From contig CM022675.1 of the NCBI GenBank assembly GCA_012295275.1, positions 14,942,001 through 15,006,000 of the forward strand: a stretch of DNA of 64,000 nt, written 5' to 3'. The stretch comes from Chrysomallon squamiferum (Eukaryota > Animalia > Mollusca). Shown here piece after piece: positions 52,926-64,000 of this stretch. Positions within the stretch are counted from its first letter, which is position 1, and each line of letters opens with the position of its first letter. The notes beneath the pieces are model-generated. The model was given only the letters and a program-made list of their open reading frames with translations, had not been told where the DNA came from and made no database searches. The position numbers were made by a program, and so were the translations under genes.

Positions 52926-55900
52926 TTATTAATGTTAAAGACACAGAAAATGTAGAACATTTAAATTTACAAATAATATTATTTTATTATTATGTTATCT
53001 GTCTGTCTGTCTGTACCTCCAGCAGTCTTTTTATTTATGTTCATGTTTTTGTTACCATTGTCATATTGTTTTCTAAATTTAGACGATATTAAATTATTTT
53101 GAATATCTTAACAGCAATAAATGTATTATTTTGAATGCAACTTGAATAAATAATATACGTACACACACGCACATACAAACACGTTATATATTTTTACACA
53201 ATTTTATACGTGTAGATAAAATACTACACAGATATAAAATCTGGCTATTTTACTCAAATATATTTACTGAAACTGTAGCGAAATGTCAGACCCGTATAAT
53301 AAGAAACAAGGGCTCTGTGTATCTGTGGTGGAAGCTAAGTCAATTATGTGTGATTATTGTCTATTACCGAGGAAATTACATCTGGGTAATTACTGTGATA
53401 AATGTCACGTATTAGATGTAGTTATCTTTGCCATTTACAGACAATATGCTATTGCAGAATTCTAGTACATGCTGGTGGTGGTTAACAAACCAAAATTTTA
53501 ACCATCAACATTTTGTTATTGTTGCAAGTAAACATGATAAAAAATATTATTACCTTACGATAGGTTTATATGAATAAAATATAAAAAGAACAAAAGCAAG
53601 TGAAAAGTTATATAAAATGAAATTAAAATAATAAAGTCTAAAGTTAAAAAGAAAATGTGTAAAATGGAAATTAAACAAACGATGTCTCACTGTCTACAAC
53701 GACTCAAAAGCAAATTTTAAAAGTATTATGAGTTATATTACATTAAAAAAAAGTTATACAAAAAAAAAAAATAAATAAAATATAAAAATGTATAATTAGT
53801 TTCTGGACACTGGTCAAGTCTATTATTCCCTCCTGCTAAGATCACGTAAAACAAAGAAAACAAGAACACATTTGTTTTGAGACAATATCTTTATTAAAGA
53901 ATTAATTACATTTTATATGATTTCTCATTTCTTAAAAAGACGAAAAATATTTTGATGTAAACATCAGAATAAGATTAGAGGGAGGAAAGAGTAAAAAATG
54001 AAGAATCCTCAGTGATATGATAAAAGTTAAAACGCTGTTCACAGAACAGCGGAATATTTTTATTTGTAGTGAAATTCACGTCATCTTCAAAGGCATGTCC
54101 ATAACAATATGACGCAACACCTAATTTCACAAAATCGTCAAGTCATTTTTATCTCTTATTTTATTTTTTCTGTAAAAAATAATGAAAAGAGAAATTCAGC
54201 ATTAATAAATTTTTTTCTTTTTTTTTCTTGGAAAACCAGAAGCAGGTACATAAGACATTATTATTCTAAATCTGTGTTAGTATTGCGAGACTGTTTCTTC
54301 TTCTTCTTAATGTTGTTGTGCTGCTCTTCTTTTAACTGTGTCCGACATACACTGAAAAAATAAAATAAAATAAAAATCAGTAAGCTAACATGATATAGTG
54401 GCGGGTTATCATTAAATGAAGTAATGAAGTGTTCTCTGTATAACTGATATAATAGAAAATGATAAGTTTGTCATAATATGATGTAAATAAATAAAACTGT
54501 CTACCAATTGCTTTCATAATTTACGATAACAAAAACCTACACAACCAGTAATTTTGTTGTCAACATAGTGAAATAATTATTTTACGTTTTTAAACATTCG
54601 TAAATATTTTATGACAGTCGTAGTGTTATATGTGAGTAGTTTTTAGATTTAATACAGATATCAACCTTTAATTAGCCACCTAAGAACGGCAGTAGTAATT
54701 ATACATTTTTACCTTGTCTACGATAACAATTCGTCTAAAATGTGTGTTCTAGGAATTATTTAGACATAAAGTTTTTATATCACAGACGAAAAAAGGACAA
54801 ATTCCAATTTACAATATTGTAACAATCATTTGTGTTGTTACTGCATCTCTTTGTCATCTCACTCACTTTGATGTGAGACCGCACGAGGACAGACAGCGCT
54901 TCCCGCCATGTTTCTCTAAAGCAGGTAAACTTACCTGTCCCGGCCTTCCCACTCAGCCGAGAAGTCGCCGCAGTTTCGTAAGATCGCATTCAACCATTGA
55001 TTCAGCCACCCTGATATTCTCACCTGCTTCACGACCAAACACGCCCTGCGTAGAGAAACCCGCAGAGCAGGAACGAACCGTTTGCGCAACCACAAATATC
55101 TTGTATTGAATTCCTGACCAGAGTTACGCAGTTTTTTACTTTCTTTGTGAATGGCGCGAATGCAGGCAGGTTGATGGCGTTTTCGACGTCACAGACCTCA
55201 CAAAGCCCGGCGAGTGAGGAACGTGTAAGCAATCTGCAAAACGCGTTCAGCAGAACGTCACATAACAAGTTATTACCACACATTGCATAATACTCATATT
55301 GGTATCAATCAAATTTGATAGTTCATCCATCCTTCCATCCATCCATTCAGCTATCCATTTATTAATTTACACATCCATCTGTCTATCCATCCAACCGAGA
55401 AAATAAATATACGTAAAACAATTATAAAAATATAACAGGATTGCTGTAATCTATATAAATAGGGTCCCCTTTTTTTTTCTTCAGAAATGAAGTACTTGAT
55501 TTCGAAAATCCTTGAACTAAACATGTAGTTTTACTTAAATGTTGAAAATTGTATCTGTATGTATTTTAAACTAGCAGATCTTAATATAATAAACAACAAA
55601 AGAAATAAAAGATTATTTTATTATAGGTTTATATTTGGTATTGTTAAAATACAAACTTTTAATGTATAATTGGCAATTTCGTTTTACTTTCTTTAACTGC
55701 ATTTTTCACGTCTAAGTCTGTTGATATTGCTCACGTTCTTACACTCAAAACACGAAAAACTATAATTAGCTGTGTTTGTGTTGTCAGTGTGTTTAATGTG
55801 TGTGTGGAGGTGACGCTGCACTACGGAGGCGACGAGGATACCACACCATGCAGAGACAACCGAGATCAAGCCAAGTTTTGGTTGGTTTTTATTTTCCCTA

Positions 55901-56441
55901 AAATTGAAAAAAAAAAAGAATATATATATATATTAAAATGACGAAAGCAGGTTTCTACTTCTATCGAGTTTAAACGCGACAGAAAGACACGTGACGTCAC
56001 CACGTTGTACGCGGACAGATACAACAAAACACATGGTTGAATGTTGGAGTTTTACAGCGTAATAACAGGTATTGGTGTTCTCTTCATGACGGGCTGTAAT
56101 TTCGGATTGCAGGTTTGGCGAAGACAGTGTCTGGAAAACGTCCTCCATCATTTTTCTTGCGTTACTGAAACCGACCTGTGTTGTGACTGACTCTAATGTC
56201 GTTAAGACGCCATTATTTGACAATGAAGAACTTAAACAGACGTTGTCGCTGGCCACGTGGGACTACAAAACATCTGTGGTGGTCACTGTGGGCTGAACCG
56301 CAGTCAGTGGATTCCACGTCAAAGAGTGAAATCACAAAATCAAATTATCCACAGAAATAAAAACATCCTCGTTTTCCAATTTAATTACGTTACAAATCTG
56401 AGAATTCTTGTGTGCTACTACTTTATTTACTTCGCTGTGGG

Positions 56442-56527
<86 letters not shown>

Positions 56528-58253
56528 GTTCTTGTTGTTGCTATTATTTTTTATTATTATGTTACTACTATTACTACTATTACATTATTATTATTATTAT
56601 TATTGTTGTTGGTTCTGCTGTTAATAGTATTGTTGCTTCAGTTGTTTTGTTGTTCCTACTGTAATGAGCCTACGAATTGTTTCTGTTACATTTAATAATA
56701 AAGACATTATAAATTGAAATGCACTAAATAATGTGGGTTTGCTGCCAGGAAATCGACTGTAGAAAACTGATATTTTAATTGAAAATGATGTGAATATCAC
56801 TCACTATAAATATTACACAACTCGAGGACCAGCTTTTACGAATCTCAGAAAAATGTTCCAGTATTGAAAAGTCACTGCACAGGGAGAGAGGGAGCAGCCA
56901 TGTAGCGGTAATGAAACTTGAACTGAACAAAATTGCAGGAAATTATAGAAAATTACCCTCGATTATATCTGACATTTTGATATCTGAGTTATATTTCCTG
57001 CAGACATGAATTGTGGTCGATTCTGAAATCAAGCATCCCAATCCTGCCTTTCTTGTTTCGCTTCTGCATATTTATGTGCATTTTAATGTGCATTTTTATT
57101 TTCATTAAATAAATATCATAGAGCCAGCGTTTAAAATAATCTACATGCAATGAATAATCAATTATCAGTATAATATCAGATTTGAAAGTGTTGAATACAA
57201 GTGTGTTTATGTCTCATAAAGTTTGAAATGGCCAAAACCAGTTTGTGTATTTGTATGTACAATACCGGAGTTAGTGTGTGCAGGTGCAGTTGTTTGAAAT
57301 GTGTACAATTAATGTGCACAATATCGGTATGTTTGTATTCCTAATTCTTCATCGCCCATTGAGGATATTTTTTTAAAACGGATTTATTTTCTCCAAACTA
57401 TTTATTCATATAGGAGATTTAAAAAATATATTTATACAACTTATAATCAAGTACATTAAATGTACCAAACATACGTATTTAACTGTTCATTATAAAAACA
57501 ATATTTTTAATATAGCCGTGATATTTCTTAGATTAATCCATCTTACGTGTGTCGTTTTCATAATACTAACTGTCAAAATATTCTTTGTTTCAATTACAAA
57601 TTAGTTTCCTAGTTGTTTCCAGAATTTAACAGTTCAAAAATCCTCTTCAAAGTTATGGAAACAATTCTCAGTAAGTTTTATTGCAATATGTTAACTTTTC
57701 TTCTTCTGACGTAATCTCTAAAATGATTCCACTGACAATTAATTTCTGCAATAGAAAACACCATGCGACAGTTGTCTTATAAAATTATCATCTAGCTAGA
57801 ATTCAGAATTTAACCTTACAAATATACTTTCATTTTCACTCTTATTTTTTATTGGTAATTGCTGTAGTAGAATATAACGGTAAAGAAAAACATTTTGAAT
57901 AATACAGAATTGTTCGTAAAACCGTAAAGCAGATAAAAATTATGGTGGTATTGAAAACATTTTAATTAAGAAGTCTAAAAGGTAAATTAATATCCTCACA
58001 AAGAAAATAATCGCTAAACGTATTTCCCCATTTACGTTTGCAACAATTAATAATTACGAAAAAGTAAAACAAGAAACAAAAAAAGTTTAAAATGAAATAA
58101 AATAAAATAAAATAAAATAAAATAAATACATATAAGACACAGACCACACTAAACCAACGTAAAAATAAAAATAAAAAACCCAAAACAACAAACAACAAAC
58201 CAGTAAAAAAGAAATTTAATTTAAGAACTAACAAATTAAAAAAAAAGTAACAC

Positions 58254-58305
<52 letters not shown>

Positions 58306-59180
58306 AAATTTATGCACATAAGTTAACATCATAAAAAATAGTAACAGATACAAAAATGAAAATGACACAGAGGAAAAAAGAATTTGAGTGAAAAAGAGAA
58401 AGAAAGAACACGAAAGAGAGAGAAAACATATATAGGAAGAAAAAAGGTAAAAGTGTTATTTTTGTCTATTAAAAACAAACATCAAAACTATGTCAAATAA
58501 AAAATTTAGTTTATTTAAGTAAATATAAAATAATATTATTAACTAAAGATGATAATTAACACAACCTATATTTGAATAGAAGTAATTTACATTAATAACA
58601 GACAAAATATCAGGTTATCGAACAAACTGCAAAACTATTCAATATTTATGCATTACAAGACGTTAGTTTTAATCAATATATTTTAACAGTGAATTGTGTT
58701 TTATCAAAGAAGACAGCCATCTTTAAATAAAATATCTTTATAATGCAGCGAATAATAATAATAATATTAATAATAATAATAATAATAATAATAACAACAA
58801 CAACAACATCAACAACAGCAACAGCGGCAGCTGTAGCAGTAACAGCAACAACAACAGCATTGACAGCAATAACAAAAGCGGCAATAATTCTGATGATGAG
58901 GATAAAAAGAAATATATTATAAAATTACAATAAATATATGGAAACATTTTAATATAAGACGAATTTTTTACGATAATTATAACAAGTTTCTGTAATCTGA
59001 AATTATTTTTGTTGTAATATTAATTATTACATATGCCTAAGTCAGTTTGTATGCATGTGTGTATGATGCGTGCGTGTGTATGTGTATGTATGTATGTATG
59101 TATGTATGAAAATGCATTTGAGAGTGCTTAACAATCGTAATCAGTTAGAAAAAAAGAAAAAAGAAACACGTTTCCTCAAA

Positions 59181-59303
<123 letters not shown>

Positions 59304-60988
59304 AAAAAAGAACATGATAAGTTACAATGAAGATAATTATGCTCATTAAACATTGGTGAAAATAATTTATCGAGTGTTTATCGTAAAACGAGTTCGTGTG
59401 TTCATGCCGTAATATCATCGACTAACGTTTATCTGTTTGACTTGCTTCGCTAAGTCGAACCAATTAGATTGATTTACACACAGCTTGTTTTCCTTTATGT
59501 AAACACAACACAGTAATCGTAAATTACAAATACAAACGAAGGCTGAAGATGGGAGGAAGGAAGCGGCTACTGATATGCATAAACTTAATGACGTCGACTG
59601 AGTAGAAATAAGATAATTTTTTTCAGTAAACAGCAAATTCAGGAATACTGAGAATGCTTGGTTTTTCACAGACAGGAAGTGTTATACGTTACACTGAATG
59701 TACACATTTTAATTTTGAGGCTGTCACTGATTATAAAGTACATCTTCATATGAAATGAAGTTCGTTACATTTTGTAATTTATAATGATTACCTGTAAACT
59801 ATTTTTGTAAATTATTTCAATAATTAACTGATTTTTAACTTTACAATGTTTCTGTTTTATTTCAGGTGTGAGTAAAATGTAATGTATAATTGTATATTCT
59901 ATATATACTATATTCTACTATATTATATAAAGTAATATAATAATACATAATGTAAGATACTATTATAATATTGTAATGTGGTTTCTTATTGTATTACTAC
60001 TTTTACTTTCATTACTACTACTTCTGCTGCTTTGCTACTACAGTAACTACTACTGAAACCTCTTTTTTCATCATTATGATAATTTATATTTTTTATTTTC
60101 TCTTCGTTTTCTTCCAGTTCTTCTTCTTCTTCTTCTTCTTCTTCTTATTATTATTATTTTTAAAAGTCACTTAGTCTGGGTATGAAGTAACTATGTGACA
60201 CATCTGATGAAAATGATTTTGATACAGACTGACAGTTTTCGTATTCATTGAAGAACTTGGTTGGGTGAAGAAACACGTGAACTGTCGTCTGGGCTGCTAG
60301 CTGTACGCCAGGGCGAGACACGCCCGCTTGCTAAAGAAACCGCGGGGACTGACGCCAGGTCTCCACGTGACGTTCACGACTCGCCACAGGTGAATGGAGC
60401 AGGTAGACGGTGTTGTGTGCGTCGTGGCAGGGGGCGCTCCACTCTTTAGTTCACTCTTTAATGGGACGGCCTTTTCTCCTTCCATTTCTCTGGTTTGTTG
60501 ATATTCAGTCTTTCACCGGCCCTGCACCCAGTTCTCCCCGCACGTTTTCTCTTGAAGAAACCCTTGAGTGAAATGTCGACTTTGTTACAGCCTGGCTTTA
60601 TTAGGTTGATTTAATCGTGGAATCAGTGTTAGCAATCTGGTGAAAACCAAATTAGCTTGATCAATGTTTTAAAGAGATTATTTTTATTCCTCAGTGATTT
60701 CAACCACTCTGCGGAGAAACGATACATACAAATATTTTATTATATTAGAATTTTAGTTTTCTACCTGCATGACGGTTATTGAAATTAACAAGGGATATTT
60801 TAGAATATAGATTTAGCAGCGATTTATAACGTTATTTATTTGTTACTGCTGTAGACCATTTGGGTTATTTCCAATTTAAGTAAATGTTAGTTTGCTTTCT
60901 TTAAAACCCCCCCACACACACACACACACACACATACATATATATACACATATATATATATATATATATATACATATACATTTTCATT

Positions 60989-61024
<36 letters not shown>

Positions 61025-61469
61025 CACATACATACATACACACAGACACATGGTATTTTAGAACGTATGTCATGGTATATGCTAGGAACACCAACTATTC
61101 CTGTGACGTCAGTGAACATACAGGTAATTCATGCGGTAAAAATCAATACGATTTCTTCGATTACCTTTCAAAATAATAAAATTCCTGAAATGTTTTTCAA
61201 CGCAAATTACAAATATAAATGAACAATTTTCTCTAAATTACAGGAACAGGTGATAAAATTCATCTCTCTCTCTTTCCTTTTACTTTGTTGTCTTGTCATC
61301 ACTTCACTTTTATTATGACAACATTAAAAATTAAGAGCAAAAAGGTAATAAATAAATAAATAAATAAATAAACAATTTGTTGTTTTTTAGATTCAAGTGA
61401 ATAGACGTATCTAATTTATAACTGATTTACGGTTTTGTAAATGTGATGGTTTAAACTTATGCAGTCTTA

Positions 61470-61670
61470 CGTGTGATTAATTCAAAGCTGAGTTACACAG
61501 ATAAATGTAGATTGATTCAAATTTGAGTATACAAATACAGTTATGTGTATTTGATTCAAAACGGAATTATATATTTATGTGCGTAATTGATTTAAAGCTG
61601 GCCTATGCGGATGTAATGCACTTCATTCAAGGTAGAGTGGTACCGTTACCTGTGAACCTAATTTAAAGTT
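61470..61670. repeat. Highly degenerate ~36-bp periodic repeat
   Basis: TTGATTCAAA-like core recurs at ~61478, 61512, 61551, 61587, 61622 and 61659. Confidence 0.5.
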
Positions 61671-62690
61671 ATTGTTATTAAAGAAATATTTTAGTTCGTG
61701 TAGCATTTAGTTAACTGTATGGGTGAGTTACGTACTGTTAAAATGACTGGGAATAGTTTATTGTATGTACTTAATGCATGTTTAACTTTTATATGACTGA
61801 AAACATTTTTGTTTGTGTATAAAGACTATTTTATTTGCGAAAGTAAACATCATTTTGTTGTAGCCTGCACGGACATCATACACTGACATGTCACATCGTG
61901 AGAAAAGTGTCACAATAGAAACTCAGTGAGGCAGTCAGTGACAAGTGACAGTACAAAGAACAAGCTTTATAACGCGGCTCACATTAAACCACAGATTTGT
62001 TTAGTCCCTGTTCTGTGAGTGAAGCCAGTCTCTCGTTTTGTTAACTTCCCACATTATCCACTTGTCATTTTTAGTAAATGCTTATTAAGATGTTAACACG
62101 ATGAAAAAGACGCACACTTGATTGTCTCGATCTGCAAACAACTGCTAAACCAGAGACTACCACATACAGTTAATGTTAACAATATTATTGAGTTGTCGTC
62201 TGACATTCATTCCATCATGTATTTACAATGAAAATAACTTCTTCTTTCCTGTTACCAAAACAAACGAAATAAAAAAGAAAAAAAGAAGAAAATGGACATA
62301 ATAATCTATAACGTTCTGAATGAACACAAAAGTAAAGAAACAAAACGACGAATGAACTTAATGAGGTTCTGTATATCTACGTGCAGTTTATATTTATCAC
62401 GTTCTACTCTAGATTATGCTCGCTCTGTTTTTATTTCAGTTACATTCATAGCTTACATAGTTTCTAACTGTACATTTTTATAGAAATCTCTTAATTTAAT
62501 CTTTTCGCCTAATAAAACATTGTAATATATCATTTGTATATATAAATGGGCTTGTGTAAGTATATGCATGTATGTATGTATGTGCGTGTGTCTGTAAGTA
62601 TGAATGTGTGTACATAAGTGTCTATACACGTATATGAGTCATGTTATTTATTTAAAACCAAAATAAATAGATAAGAAAAATAGATAGATG

Positions 62691-62748
<58 letters not shown>

Positions 62749-64000
62749 CTGATCGATTGTCAGACAGGAAGATAGACAGGAAGGTAGGTAGGTAGGAACA
62801 TAGATAAACAGACAAATATATATTTTTTTAATAAATAAAAAAATAAGTAAGTTAATGAATGAATGAATAAATAAATAAATAAATATATAAATAAATAACG
62901 AAAAGCATACATAAATGCACAACAGTGATTATATTTTATAAACAGACACGCAAACAAGTCAGCTGAAACTGCTAATACTGCTAAATCCTGTTTATCAAGT
63001 ACATTTTTTATATCAAAGCACGCCTACAATGGTCACCCAGACTCTGTAGAACAACATTCGTTTTAGCTGAAATGTCACGTTAGTTAAATGTTTGTTTTCG
63101 AATTTATATAATGACAGTTTTCAGTTATTTTACATTTGATAATTAATAAAATCGTCAAAACTGTTTCACATAACAGCAGAAATATAACATTAAAAATGAA
63201 TAAAAATCGTAACAATAACAACAAAGTTACCTGCTACAAAAAAGAGAAAAAAAAAGTGAATGAAATAAAACAAATATGCATATAACAAATGCTAAAATCT
63301 AATACAGTAACAAGATCAGCAAATAAATAAATAAATAAATAAATAAGTAATAAATAAATAAACAAATAAACAACAGCAAATAAACAAGCAAATGAAATAA
63401 TTAAATAAATAAAAATAATAACTAATTAAAATAAAATACAATTTAAAAACACTATTTTACAGTTTATACGAAACATCTCCCTGCTGTCTTCTGTCCACGT
63501 TATCTTGTATTTGTCAAACAAAATTTCAGATTTATAATAAAACATATTTCTATTAATATTAGCAAAGCTAATTTCTGAAATATAGCTTTCTTGAAATAGC
63601 ATAAAGTTTAAAAACATTATTTATTTTGTTGTTGATCGTTATATAGTTTTGCTAATATCAGGTATTGATTATATCATGTTCTATATTACTGGTATTAAAA
63701 TTATTGCTACGGCTACAGTTACTGCTACAAAAACTTCCACTACCAATACTTCTGTTACTGCTACAAACAATACTGCCGTGTCATGCTACTGGAACCATTG
63801 TTATTACTCTGCTACAGTTCTCTCAAATACTTCGATCATTGCTGTTGCTGCTGTTGTTGAAGTTGTATCTAAAATACAAGCCAATACGATCAGTGAGCTA
63901 ATCACTGTATATTGAACAGTGGTATTAAAGTGCACACATAGTGTACTTCATTTAAATAGTAAAAAAAAAAAAAAAAAAATCATTGACAAGATAATAATAA

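Noticed and set aside
54780-55283. Short ORFs in the 55-kb GC island (and similarly at 60261-60485)
   Set aside because: Under 90 aa, on both strands, with no recognisable domain or consistent splice structure.

Overview
AT-rich, microsatellite-dense animal genomic DNA with spliceosomal GT-AG introns. An invertebrate, possibly lophotrochozoan/mollusc origin is inferred from repeat style only. The only supportable protein-coding gene is a three-exon Mnx (MNX1/HB9/exex) homeobox gene on the minus strand: CDS exons 25195(or 25186)-24718, 11625-11465 and 7668-7303, ~331-334 aa, with an N-terminal eh1 motif and the homeodomain split at codon 44/45. The 13.1-kb intron 1 and the ~39-kb gene-free upstream region hold many short GC-richer, repeat-free islands that look like the cis-regulatory landscape of a developmental gene. 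These include a near-consensus CTCF site, three CCGCCATNTT YY1/Pho sites, an Isl-Lhx3/Pbx-Hox/Meis/CRE motif cluster and a locally duplicated GATA-pair module. Mobile-element relics include a Tigger4/Zombi-like MITE with TA target duplication, the eroded 3' end of an RTE-type LINE ORF and a possible tRNA-derived SINE head, plus several minisatellites and dispersed duplications. I found no CRISPR array, no intact RNA gene and no evidence for a wholly new multi-gene system. Most ORFs in the supplied track are microsatellite artefacts. All motif and family calls are by eye and from memory of consensus sequences; no searches were run.
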